IMG/VR virus record: IMGVR_UViG_3300039008_000017
DNA from: a virus
Strand: one strand, 5' to 3'
Length of the DNA stretch: 33,410 nucleotides
Shown here: piece after piece, positions 13,433-23,314 of the stretch
How positions within the stretch are numbered: position 1 is the stretch's first letter
Layout of the letters: the number at the start of each line of letters is the position of its first letter
Translations under genes and position numbers: made by a program
The notes under the pieces: generated by a model
Databases searched by the model: none
What the model saw: only the letters and a program-made list of their open reading frames with translations
Told to the model about the DNA's origin: nothing

Positions 13433-13706
13433 GGCTCACCAAAACCTCAATCGACTTGGGCGCATAGGCCCAGACACGCACAGCAGCAATGCCGGGGAAC
13501 AGATCAGACAGAGCTACGTTGCGCTCTCCCTGCCCCGGATTGTAGCGGACTGCGCCGTCATCGCTTGTAGGTTTGGTGGTGTCAGTCGTCCCCTTCACCA
13601 GCATGTAATACGTTCCCTTGTTCTGGAACGTAATCGACGTGACGTTAGCATCGGTGAGCTGCGTCCAGTCGTCTGCGGTGAGGACGATGTCGGTGTTCTG
13701 TGCCAT
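13425..13706 (-). CDS. Hypothetical protein, 93 aa (beta-rich, virion-module context)
   Basis: GGAGG SD upstream of the ATG. Confidence 0.7.
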   Translation of the reverse strand: MAQNTDIVLTADDWTQLTDANVTSITFQNKGTYYMLVKGTTDTTKPTSDDGAVRYNPGQGERNVALSDLFPGIAAVRVWAYAPKSIEVLVSHA

Positions 13707-13760
13707 GTTGGCCTCCGTTCATTTCGGATGGCTGCAAGCTAACACAAGTTCAGGTGTGAG

Positions 13761-14975
13761 TTAACGGAAAACCATGACCATCATGTCGGAGTCCACCTTG
13801 TCGTTGTTGCTTTGCGTCAGAAAACGAGCCTGAACATCAACATAAGCTGTGTTTAGGCCGGTTTGTGTGGTGTGCGTGCCCACAACACCGACTGCGCTTC
13901 CCGAACTACCGCCAGCTGTCACGGAAACCGCATAATTTGTATCAGGCATGGCCGTTGTAAAATTTACCCGCCAATGGCCAGTTGCAAGCTTAGTGATGCT
14001 CGCCACGTTTCCGCTGCCACGAATGGTTCCGTTTGCCGCGAAATTGACCCACGCCCGGCAGCCAAAATATGGCGGGGAGCCAGTCGTTTGTGTGATACCG
14101 TTAGCTGAAACTTCAGCATCAACATAGGCTTTTACAGACTGCTGAGAAGGAACCTGCGTCGAGCTATCCGACGCCATATCATCTTCGTCTAAAATGGAAA
14201 CACCAACCACATCGCCGTCAGTGTTCCATTGCGCAAGCTGACCGTCAGTCCCAGCCGTGCCAGTCACTAACACATTGTCAGCGCCAGTCTTGCCAGTCAC
14301 ACCATCCAGCACATTCAGCTCAGTAGCAGATGCAGTGACGCCAGTGATGTTGTTGATGTCAGCAACAGGAGCTGTGATGCCAAGAGTGGCCAACATATCC
14401 ACAGCCGTGTCGTCGTCCAGCAGCGTCTCAGCAAACGAAGACACAATCAAAGTGCTGGTCGTGCCGCTGGTCATCACCGGGTCGCCGTTGGCGTCAAAGG
14501 CAAAGTAGTTGCCAATGCGCTGCTCTTTCGGCGGCAAGACAAAGTTCACCTGCCCGGTGTCAAACTCCTCAAGGTGAACAGCCCGGTCCCATTTATCGTT
14601 CATGTCAGCGACAAGCGCAGTAAGAACATCCAGCTGCTCATTCAGCGCAGTGCGATTGATGTCCTGCCCAACCTGAAAGTCGCTCGTGCGCTCAATGGCA
14701 ATGCGCCGGAACAACACCACCGTAGAGCCGCCTGTAGCGCCCGTGACTTGCTGAGTCTCACCCGGCTCTGCCGTGACAAAGGTCAGGGTGCCAGTGGCCC
14801 CCTCACCGCCTGTCAACGTGTAGTCAGTGCCTTCCACCTTTTCGATGCCATCGACGTAGACCTTAACGTCAGCGTCCTCGAAGAACTCAAACGGCACAGA
14901 GAACACGGTCTGCGTCACACCCTCAGCCACCGAGTAGACAATGCGCGGGTTGTTATCTGCAAGATTGATAGCCAT
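13761..14975 (-). CDS. Tail fibre with a T7 gp17 N-terminal-like adaptor domain, 404 aa
   Basis: FSVPFEFFEDADVKVYVDG...GTDYTL...RRIAIERTSDF..GQDINRTALNEQLD parallels T7 gp17 (FNIPFEYL...DYRF...RRVTSTTDRLVDF..GSILRAYDLN). The ATG at 14975 was chosen; the track start (15038) overlaps the upstream gene. Confidence 0.85.
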   Translation of the reverse strand: MAINLADNNPRIVYSVAEGVTQTVFSVPFEFFEDADVKVYVDGIEKVEGTDYTLTGGEGATGTLTFVTAEPGETQQVTGATGGSTVVLFRRIAIERTSDFQVGQDINRTALNEQLDVLTALVADMNDKWDRAVHLEEFDTGQVNFVLPPKEQRIGNYFAFDANGDPVMTSGTTSTLIVSSFAETLLDDDTAVDMLATLGITAPVADINNITGVTASATELNVLDGVTGKTGADNVLVTGTAGTDGQLAQWNTDGDVVGVSILDEDDMASDSSTQVPSQQSVKAYVDAEVSANGITQTTGSPPYFGCRAWVNFAANGTIRGSGNVASITKLATGHWRVNFTTAMPDTNYAVSVTAGGSSGSAVGVVGTHTTQTGLNTAYVDVQARFLTQSNNDKVDSDMMVMVFR

Positions 14976-14986
14976 GACGCCCCTCG

Positions 14987-17900
14987 TCAGTTGCCCAGAT
15001 AGCGGCCAAGTTGATTCACGTCTTCGCGTATGAACCAAAGGTTAGAGAACGGCAGGTTCCTAATGAACTGAGACGCTCCTTCACCATACTCGCCAGACGC
15101 AAATGTTGCTGCGGACCTTACCATATCAGCCGTCCACCCACTAGCTGCGCCTGTCACGTTGGTGATTGCGTCAACCGCGTTGGGTTCCTGCGGATACCGG
15201 GGCTGGATAAACCCGCCAGTGATGTTTGGCCCGCCAAGAGCAAGGCTTGTCTGAAGCGTGGTGTAGAACAAGTCGCTGTAAAGCGCAGCCACACCAGACA
15301 TATCGAACGACTTGCCCAGCCTGTCTTGGATAGACATGTCATCCCAAACATAGTCAGGCGTTCGGATAGAGCTAATCATGTAGCCCAGCGCCATCATCGA
15401 AGTGACGCCAGCCAATCGGTTGCGCACCGCGCCCTGCATCATCACACCAACCGTCTTGTTGACGTTCGCCATAGCAAAGCCAAAGAACTGCAACGGCAAA
15501 ACCAAGAAGCCGTTTTCGATGCGCACATACCCCGGCACATTGGGGTCAGCCTCCAAGCCAAACAGCTTGCCGTAGCGCTCAGGCAAGTAGATCACACCGT
15601 CCATGATCGTAGGCCGGTCCATAGCCGTGGCCGACATGACCACATTGTCTACATGCGCCTTGAGCGCGCCCCGAAAAGTGCTGACCGTTTCTTGCGAAGT
15701 GCGTTCGGCCTGCTCAGAAAGACGCCGCGCTTCTCTGTCCAGCATGATGTCACGCAGGAACACATCGTTCTTTTTCCGACCATCAAGGCCAATGGTGCGG
15801 AAGCTGTAGTTAGGGTCGTTCTCAAGAATCGCTCGCTGCACCAAGAAGTTGCGATACGCAGCCGGTGTGAGGAACGCTTCTTCAGGCAAAGCTCCACCCT
15901 GAGAAAGCTGAAGTGCGTGAGCATTGGCCATCTCAGACGCTGCTGTCCGAGCCTTTCTGCGCTCGCGCATGTAGGCCAAAGCCGCATCATCAATGCGCGC
16001 CTCATACTCGGGAACAGACATTCTGCCTTGTGCAATCTTTCCGTGATGCAGCTCGTGCATCAGGATGAACTCGGCAAAGTCGTTGGCGTTTTCAAACTGG
16101 TCTACGTTCTGGTAGAGAGCGCGACGGTGCTGATAAGCCACCGGGTCAATATCGCCAGTGATGAGCTGATCGTTGATCTCATTTAGAGAAGCGCGAGGGT
16201 CTTCGAGCTTACCCTTCACTCTGCGCCAATACTTCCGAATGCCAGCGATGTCCAAGTAGACTACGCCGTCTTCGACTTGGCCTCCGCTTCTCGCAAACGA
16301 ATACTGATGAAAGCCAAGAAGGTCAGTTTGATTTTGACGGCTAAATACATCCCGAACAATCTCAGGGTCAGTGATAATCTGACCCACGTTGAACTCCCGC
16401 CCGACCTGCTGAACAATCTCTTCGTTAGTGAGCGACAGCAAAGAACGCTGGCGATTCTGAAACGTCTCGTTGGTGCGCAGATACGCATCGCGCGCAGCAA
16501 GGAAGTTAAACCATTGCCGCTCGCTGGTGATTGCATCTTCAGGCAGATTGTAAGGTGCGCCAGTCCACGGGCGCTCATCGAACCTTTGAGCGTCCTTCAG
16601 TCTGCGCGTGGCGTTAGTCACCTGAGGCAACTGGCGTGGCTCAGTCCAGCTGCGCTGGGGAAACAGCTCACGCTCAATGTAGTCATAGTCTACGGTGAAA
16701 GAGCCATCTTCGTTGCGCACCACCGGCTGATACCGACCGCCAATCTCTACACCTTCGCCATCGTTGATGCGGGCCACCGTGCCATCAGGCTGCGTCATGA
16801 TGGGCGTGTTCAGCCACTCATCAGTGTTAGCCAAGATTAGCCCGGTGTTTGGATCAGTTTGCCAAGCAGAGTTAGAAATGTTGCGCGCAGTCTCAGCGTC
16901 AATTCCATACCGAGCAAGGTAAGCCATCTCAGTCGGAGAGGCTTCGCCGCGCGCCAGCTTCTGAGAGTAGTCGATCAGCATGTGAGCGCCGTTCATACCA
17001 GCAAACTCTTTGCCGATTGTAGTGACCGGGCCGAGAAGGTTTGCCGTGTAAAAAGCATTTCGCAGCTTATCCATGCGCGTGTTCGAAAGGACGTTAAAGT
17101 TCTGATCGTCCATCACGCGGAGGTAAGCTGAGCCAAGCAGCATATCCAAAGCAGCGCCAGACTTGCGAAGCTCGTTCTTGTTGATCGCCCTAATCGTTGG
17201 GTCAAAGAAAGACTGCATACTACGCCCAAGCGTGGGCATAGAGTTTTCCATGACAATGCGGCCAAGGTCGCCAATGGCAGCAAGACCAGCACCACCAAGG
17301 AAGGTGAACGATGCCATGTCACGAAGAAACGCAGCGGTCTTCTGATTGAGCGTGTCTGGGTTTTCGATCACCCGTCCAACAACGCGCCGATACAAGACAT
17401 CGAAGTCGCGGACGTATTCTTGGATTGCCTTTTCAGGAACATTGTTCGCACGCATACTGCCAGTCACACGCGCAAGCACCTCTTCGCGCTTACCGCCAAA
17501 CTGTTTGCGGAAGTGATACTGAGGTGCAGTGCGACGAGCGTAGGTTGCCATGAGCGCAGTCGGGTCAAGCTCAATGAAGTCCACGACCATACTGTTCGGG
17601 ATGTCCAGTGAGCGAGATTGAATGTTGGTGCTGCGACCGCCGCCGACAAAGACCTCTTCGATGTCCTTGTTCTGGTTCTCACCCAGGATGTTGTCGATGG
17701 TCTGATCGACCCGGCGAGCGATTGCATCTTCATCCGTGCCAAGCGCAATCCGCTCCCAAGAGCGAGTCTCTTCGTTGAAACGCGTGATGTAAGGATTCTC
17801 CCGGAACCAGCCCTTGAGGATGTTGGCGAACTCATCGCGCCGACGACGAATCTCCTCAATGCGCCAGTAGCGAGGCAGGTGCGGCTCAGCATAACCACTC

Positions 17901-19513
17901 GGCAAATTCTCAAGCTCAAACCTAGAGCGAGCCAAGTCTTCTTCTGCGCCCCTCAACGCGGCTCGGTTGTATGGCGTATCCTTCTGAGTCAGCAGAACCC
18001 GCAAGTCTTCGACCCGCTGGCCAAGACGATCAACTTCAGCCTTGATAGTGTTGCGGGTGCGAAGCTGGCCAGTCTCAATAAGACGCGCTTCCCAAGTTTC
18101 AAAAAAGCGGTTGATGATGTCAGCCGCTTGAGATTGAGCCTCGGTCATTTCTTCGCCAAGAAGGCGCTTGCGGCTAACCTCAGCCAGCCATTCAGTTTGA
18201 GTAGCTGCCTGTCGGCGCGATGTGCCGGTGATGCCAGACGCCACGCGATCAACTTCTCGGCGCACGTTTGTGGCATTTAAGTCAACGCCAGCAAGCGGAG
18301 AGCTGCCGATAGCAGGCGCGGCAGTGTCTTCGGCCCACAAGTCCTTGAGCCGCTGATTAGCCTGAGCAAACTCGCCAAGGTCAGCAGCAGCGCGCTGATA
18401 CACAGACAAGCCGCTCGTGGCTCCAGCGCGATGAAGCTCAAGCTGAAGCCCACTATCGTATGCCATCTCAGCAATGACGCGCTTGGCGGTGTTGTTGGCC
18501 CCGCCATAGTCGGCGGTCAGAATGCGACGGGCAGGTGTAGTCACCCAATTCAGGAACCAGTTATCGCCGCCTTGAGATGGGCGATAGATGTCGTTTGTGT
18601 TGACGCCCATAGCCTCTAGGTCACGAGCAAAGGCCTCTTGAGCGTATGGTTGGCGCTGAGTCTGAAGGTTAGCAATCTCATCCTGAAGCGCGCGAGCCTC
18701 ACGGGAACCAGAGACCACAATCGAAAGCTCTCGCTGAAGCAGATCAATCTGCTCAACGTATTGCCTGTTGATCGCCTCCACATCTTCTACGTTGCCAAGC
18801 GGGCGCTCAGCGCGGCGCAGAGGCGCTGTGCTGGTGTCTGTCACGCCAAGCTCATTGGCGCGCAAGGCAATGTTGCCAAGCAGTGTAGCTTGCTCTCTCA
18901 GCCTCTGTTGAGCAGCCAGTCGAGTAGACGCAGGGATAGATGCGGCACCGCCAAACGCAGCGCCAAACACAGCGTAGCTCGCCGTGTTGACCAAACTCTC
19001 AGTGGTGTTTTGCACCGGATCAAACGGTTGGACCAAGCCAAAGTTTAGCGCAGCACCAGTTGCGCCAGCAGCAGCACCAGCCCGACCCATAGTGCGCAGC
19101 GCAGAAACGCTACCAGCACGGACAACGGGACCACCAATGGGAATGGCCAAAAGGTTTACAGGGTTGAGAACCTCGGCAAGCAACACTTGCCCAACGCTGG
19201 CCTCAGCCATTGTCTGACGACGACCAATCGACTCATCAATGGCGCGAGTGATCTCAGCAGCATGTTGTGCGTTCACAGCCCTTGAGTAGTCAGCAGCAAA
19301 CATATTGTGCCGCTCGGGAACAGCCGACTCCCAATCAAACCCACGCTCAGGAACAAGGCCATAGTTCGTTACGTTGCGCAGCCGCTCATAAAGTGGGTCT
19401 GTATAATAACCAGTGGTTGCAGAAAGCACTTCGCCAAAGCGTGGCTCAGTCACTCTCGGCGCACGACTAACCGGAAGCGCGCCAAGCCCAGCCTCTTGAA
19501 GAGTAACTGCCAT
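14987..19513 (-). CDS. Internal virion / ejection protein (T7 gp16 position), 1508 aa, with an embedded HELHH motif
   Basis: Supported by size, position after the gp14/gp15-position genes, and a TAATG overlap. The HELHH codons lie at 16043..16057. Confidence 0.85.
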   Translation of the reverse strand: MAVTLQEAGLGALPVSRAPRVTEPRFGEVLSATTGYYTDPLYERLRNVTNYGLVPERGFDWESAVPERHNMFAADYSRAVNAQHAAEITRAIDESIGRRQTMAEASVGQVLLAEVLNPVNLLAIPIGGPVVRAGSVSALRTMGRAGAAAGATGAALNFGLVQPFDPVQNTTESLVNTASYAVFGAAFGGAASIPASTRLAAQQRLREQATLLGNIALRANELGVTDTSTAPLRRAERPLGNVEDVEAINRQYVEQIDLLQRELSIVVSGSREARALQDEIANLQTQRQPYAQEAFARDLEAMGVNTNDIYRPSQGGDNWFLNWVTTPARRILTADYGGANNTAKRVIAEMAYDSGLQLELHRAGATSGLSVYQRAAADLGEFAQANQRLKDLWAEDTAAPAIGSSPLAGVDLNATNVRREVDRVASGITGTSRRQAATQTEWLAEVSRKRLLGEEMTEAQSQAADIINRFFETWEARLIETGQLRTRNTIKAEVDRLGQRVEDLRVLLTQKDTPYNRAALRGAEEDLARSRFELENLPSGYAEPHLPRYWRIEEIRRRRDEFANILKGWFRENPYITRFNEETRSWERIALGTDEDAIARRVDQTIDNILGENQNKDIEEVFVGGGRSTNIQSRSLDIPNSMVVDFIELDPTALMATYARRTAPQYHFRKQFGGKREEVLARVTGSMRANNVPEKAIQEYVRDFDVLYRRVVGRVIENPDTLNQKTAAFLRDMASFTFLGGAGLAAIGDLGRIVMENSMPTLGRSMQSFFDPTIRAINKNELRKSGAALDMLLGSAYLRVMDDQNFNVLSNTRMDKLRNAFYTANLLGPVTTIGKEFAGMNGAHMLIDYSQKLARGEASPTEMAYLARYGIDAETARNISNSAWQTDPNTGLILANTDEWLNTPIMTQPDGTVARINDGEGVEIGGRYQPVVRNEDGSFTVDYDYIERELFPQRSWTEPRQLPQVTNATRRLKDAQRFDERPWTGAPYNLPEDAITSERQWFNFLAARDAYLRTNETFQNRQRSLLSLTNEEIVQQVGREFNVGQIITDPEIVRDVFSRQNQTDLLGFHQYSFARSGGQVEDGVVYLDIAGIRKYWRRVKGKLEDPRASLNEINDQLITGDIDPVAYQHRRALYQNVDQFENANDFAEFILMHELHHGKIAQGRMSVPEYEARIDDAALAYMRERRKARTAASEMANAHALQLSQGGALPEEAFLTPAAYRNFLVQRAILENDPNYSFRTIGLDGRKKNDVFLRDIMLDREARRLSEQAERTSQETVSTFRGALKAHVDNVVMSATAMDRPTIMDGVIYLPERYGKLFGLEADPNVPGYVRIENGFLVLPLQFFGFAMANVNKTVGVMMQGAVRNRLAGVTSMMALGYMISSIRTPDYVWDDMSIQDRLGKSFDMSGVAALYSDLFYTTLQTSLALGGPNITGGFIQPRYPQEPNAVDAITNVTGAASGWTADMVRSAATFASGEYGEGASQFIRNLPFSNLWFIREDVNQLGRYLGN

Positions 19514-22500
19514 TAGTATTCCTCCAGAAGACCGGGTGCCGTGCCAGCAGAACTAGGCCGCAAACGAGGCAAGAAACGACGAACCCCAAGCATTTGCCGA
19601 ATCGCTCGGCCGCGGCTCAGCTCATCAGCTTGAGTTTGAGCAGCCTCAATATCAAGAGGCAGTCGGAAGCCCGGTTCTTGAGTGCTGATAATAAGAGGCT
19701 CACCGGGAGAGTCAGTCCTCATCACCATCTGAAACTCATCAGTGTCAGTGTTGATCTGATAGACCTGATACAACACGCCGCCATCAGCAGCCCTGCCGGG
19801 AATGGGAACAAGCGTTGATCGGCGCGAAGGAGTCGAAGAGCGCAGCCAAACATTTCCACGCGCATCAACTGGATCAACCTCACCCGTGCGCATCACAGGA
19901 GCTGCATCAGACAGCCGTTCAATCTCTTGATTGACGTAAGCAATGAACGAGCGCTCGTTGCCCGGAACAGTTTTACTTAGGTCATAAGGGCTTCGGGTGG
20001 TCATGCGACCATCAGAACCAATCTGGTAAACGATGCCTTCGCTATCAGGTGCAAAGTCAGACAAGCGATTTTCAAGCCGCTCCCGAACCCAATCATCTCC
20101 CGAACCGCCTTCGACAGCCGCATTAGAAAAGCCAATCAGGTGCGTGGCATAGGTTTGGAATGCGCGCTGCTGGTCAGCAGGAAGTTGAGAGTAGCCATCA
20201 ACGCTTAGCATGAAGTCAGCAAAAGGCTGGCCAAGGTAAGACTCAGCGCGTTGCTCAAAGCCATCGCTTCTAAACTCGGCAGACGCCCGCATGATTTCAG
20301 CAAAGCGAGTGCGGCCAGTCTCATCGGTCCCAAAGATTTGAGCCGCCTCAGACAGCATGTCCATCCTGCCTACAACGTCTTGGCTCAGGGCATTCAGAGC
20401 AGCAGGACGAGTGCCGTCAGGGCGATTAGACCACCGCTCCCAGTGACCAAGAACAGTTCCCATGTTGGGAAGAATTGCGCCGCGACCAATCGCGTTGAAT
20501 GCATCATAGTGCATCTGCGGCAAGAAGTTTGGTCGAGAGTAGATTGAGGAAAGCGCAGAGCTGGACTCAGGGTCAGAAAGATATTCAGGATTGTTGAGCA
20601 GGTCAGGCGGCAAAGGCTGCCCCGTCTCTTCAGTCCACACCTGAGACAGCACCATATCTGCCGCTTCGCGGTCAGCAGCGCGATCAAAGTTTCCGTTGCC
20701 AAGCCAGACGCGGTTAGCGGTTTGAGCGCGGGCGCTTTCCTCTTGGATAATCCTAATACGCTCGTTGGCTTCACCAACAGCGCGCCCAATCTCAGTGGGC
20801 AGCGTAGAAGCATTGCCAGTCTGGTTAGCAAACTGGCGCGCCATGTCGATGGCACTCACCACCTCTTCAGGAAGCTGAGGCGCACCCTCAGGCGGAAGCA
20901 AACCGTTTCGAGCATATGCCTCGAACAGCTCTACATCCAAAGGATTGCCAGCCTCAAAGAACGCATTGCCCAGCAGGCCACGAGCAGCGTTTGTGTTGAT
21001 TAAGTTCAGTGCTTCGTTGCGCACCGAGTCGATCATGGTGGGCGCAGAATCAACAGCTTGCGTCAGATTGGCAGCGGCTAGCGCAATCTGATCAGCTGGA
21101 AGATTCGGAAGTATGCCAGCGTTCGGGAAGATTTGATCTTCCACAAAGTCACGAGCAGCGATTTCATCGCGCGCCTGAATGTAACGGGCAGACCGAGAGC
21201 GATAGCTATCCAAGTCATCGGCAAAGCTATCAAAGGCTTGCGGATCAAACCGGCTTAGCCGACGAAGCCCCTCATAGATTTGACGCTCACGCGGCTCAAG
21301 TCGATCTGGGTTGCGAGATGCAAACGCAGAAGCTACCCGGTCAACCTCATCTTGATTGAGTTCCATCCGGGCAAGACTTTGGAACAAGCCATCCCGAACA
21401 GCCTCAATAGTAAGATCGACTTGGTTCTGAAGCTCATTGCGCCGGGTCTCATCCCGCTCCATCGGAATGCTAGCTTGCGTTTGAGCAAGGTTTCCAAGGG
21501 TGTTGTCGAGAACAAGGCCAATGCTTGCAGTGTTAATCCTGCCAAGGTTAGTGCGAAGTTGGTTAGCAAGGTCAGCTTGACCTTGCTGAATTGCCAAAGT
21601 GTTTTGAAGAGAAACCGCTTCAGCCTCAAGGCGAGTGGCTTCAGAGGTTTGTGCAATCAGATCAGCGCGATCAAGCAGCAGGCTGTTAGCGAAGCTGTCG
21701 TAGTCCTTGGCTGCATCGGCATCGAACGCAAGGTGCTGAAGATAAGGCGCAAGCGAAGGTGCCTCTCGCATCGCGCCAGCAATGTCCCGGCTTCCAATCA
21801 GCCGACGCAGGCGATTCACATGCTCAGCGTTGGTTGGGTCGTTCACATCAAGCTGGTTGATGTAATAGGTAGTCATGCCGAACAGGTCGGCTTCGCGCTC
21901 AGCAGGAAGCAGAGCGTCGGCTGCGCTGCGATCAAAAACGCCAGCCTCAATCACATCTGCAACAGAGACTCGCACCTGAGCGCCAATGGCGTCAGCAATG
22001 CCCATGTCGCCATAAGACAGAGGAACATCGCCTTGAGCCGCTGCAATCGCAGCAGAAGACGTTTCACCCATTGGCATGTTGAAGCCAAGCTGGGCATCAC
22101 CAGCCATCCTCATTGGAGCAGGCGTTCCAACAGGGAACGAGGAAACGTCAGTCTCTCGGCTGCTAAATGTTCCGAACGCACTCGGCCCAAGCTGGGCGAC
22201 AATAGCCTGCCGCGCCGACATTGCATCTGCGTTTGACTGCTGGCTCGAAGAACGCAGCATAGCCGCAGAGCGGCGCATCCCGTCAGCAATCAGAGCGGCG
22301 CGCGTCCTGTTAATGTAGGACGTGCCTACATCCTCAATGACACCACGCCACATCCCAGTTGCGTTCTGAGACATCGACGCAATGTAGTCAGCCATCGAAG
22401 CTTCATAGAGAGCAGGTGCGTCAGGGTTGCCCTGATACTGCGCGGCAAAGATAGTCCCTTGGTTCCTGATCTCTTCTTCAATGCTTTGCTGGAAGCGAGA

Positions 22501-22803
22501 GTTGATCACACGCCGATAGGCTTCGCTGCCGATGCGGCCCATGTCCTGCATCTGGCTTAAAGCAACAGGCTCGCCCGTGTTCGGGTCAATCGCCATGACA
22601 TCAGTGCGGCTTACCGCCTGTGCCATCTCAAGCCCTTGCTGCTCCGCCTCCTCAGCCGCATAGCGGAAAGCTATCTGCGCAATCTGGTCAGCGCCCTGAG
22701 CAATCGCATTAGCTGTTTGTGAGCTACCGTCCATTCGCGCAACACCGATGCGCTGGTTTTGAAAAGTGGGCGATTCAACAAGAACGCGGGGAGCAGTAGC
22801 CAT
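19513..22803 (-). CDS. Internal virion / ejection protein (T7 gp15 position), 1096 aa
   Basis: Supported by position and size, with TAAGATG coupling to the upstream gene. Confidence 0.8.
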   Translation of the reverse strand: MATAPRVLVESPTFQNQRIGVARMDGSSQTANAIAQGADQIAQIAFRYAAEEAEQQGLEMAQAVSRTDVMAIDPNTGEPVALSQMQDMGRIGSEAYRRVINSRFQQSIEEEIRNQGTIFAAQYQGNPDAPALYEASMADYIASMSQNATGMWRGVIEDVGTSYINRTRAALIADGMRRSAAMLRSSSQQSNADAMSARQAIVAQLGPSAFGTFSSRETDVSSFPVGTPAPMRMAGDAQLGFNMPMGETSSAAIAAAQGDVPLSYGDMGIADAIGAQVRVSVADVIEAGVFDRSAADALLPAEREADLFGMTTYYINQLDVNDPTNAEHVNRLRRLIGSRDIAGAMREAPSLAPYLQHLAFDADAAKDYDSFANSLLLDRADLIAQTSEATRLEAEAVSLQNTLAIQQGQADLANQLRTNLGRINTASIGLVLDNTLGNLAQTQASIPMERDETRRNELQNQVDLTIEAVRDGLFQSLARMELNQDEVDRVASAFASRNPDRLEPRERQIYEGLRRLSRFDPQAFDSFADDLDSYRSRSARYIQARDEIAARDFVEDQIFPNAGILPNLPADQIALAAANLTQAVDSAPTMIDSVRNEALNLINTNAARGLLGNAFFEAGNPLDVELFEAYARNGLLPPEGAPQLPEEVVSAIDMARQFANQTGNASTLPTEIGRAVGEANERIRIIQEESARAQTANRVWLGNGNFDRAADREAADMVLSQVWTEETGQPLPPDLLNNPEYLSDPESSSALSSIYSRPNFLPQMHYDAFNAIGRGAILPNMGTVLGHWERWSNRPDGTRPAALNALSQDVVGRMDMLSEAAQIFGTDETGRTRFAEIMRASAEFRSDGFEQRAESYLGQPFADFMLSVDGYSQLPADQQRAFQTYATHLIGFSNAAVEGGSGDDWVRERLENRLSDFAPDSEGIVYQIGSDGRMTTRSPYDLSKTVPGNERSFIAYVNQEIERLSDAAPVMRTGEVDPVDARGNVWLRSSTPSRRSTLVPIPGRAADGGVLYQVYQINTDTDEFQMVMRTDSPGEPLIISTQEPGFRLPLDIEAAQTQADELSRGRAIRQMLGVRRFLPRLRPSSAGTAPGLLEEY

Positions 22804-22804
22804 C

Positions 22805-23314
22805 TTATGCGGGCCTCATGGTCGGAACGAGTGAGCGCGTCGGAGCGAGCTTGCTAGGCGACGGACCTCTGATTGCATCATACTGATACATCGTGGTTGC
22901 CGCAGAAGTGAACGCATTGACCACGCCGCTAAACATTACATCTCTTGCCCTACGCCGCTCAGACTGAGCTTGCAGCTCGAAGTTGAGCGAGTCCATCTGA
23001 CGCTGGGTTTCGATGCGGTCCAAGTCACGGAAAGCAGTCTCACGGTTCTTGCGAAGAAACGCTGCGACCGACCTGTCTTCGCCGCCGATGTCTCGGCCCA
23101 TAGCGCCAGCCATCAGCGCCCGGTTGGCCGACTCAGCCAGCTTGAACTGGCGATATCTGTCGTTGGCGCGCTGGGTTGCCTGAGCGTCGTTCTGGATGCG
23201 CTGGGTCTGGATGTTGTAAGCGTTGGCCTTGGCGGACTGAGCCTGACCATAAGCACCGGCCAAGGTGCCAGCGGCTGATACCGCGCTCGCCGCAAGGAAA
23301 AGCATGGGGAACAT
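22805..23314 (-). CDS. Internal virion protein (T7 gp14 position), 169 aa
   Basis: N-terminal hydrophobic segment MFPMLFLAASAVSAAGTLAGA, then a Gln/Arg-rich helical region. TAATG overlap with the tube B gene. Confidence 0.7.
   Translation of the reverse strand: MFPMLFLAASAVSAAGTLAGAYGQAQSAKANAYNIQTQRIQNDAQATQRANDRYRQFKLAESANRALMAGAMGRDIGGEDRSVAAFLRKNRETAFRDLDRIETQRQMDSLNFELQAQSERRRARDVMFSGVVNAFTSAATTMYQYDAIRGPSPSKLAPTRSLVPTMRPA

Noticed and set aside
11812-14975. Diversity-generating retroelement targeting a fibre gene.
   Set aside because: No reverse transcriptase gene is present, and I saw no template or variable repeat pair matching the 3' ends of the fibre genes.
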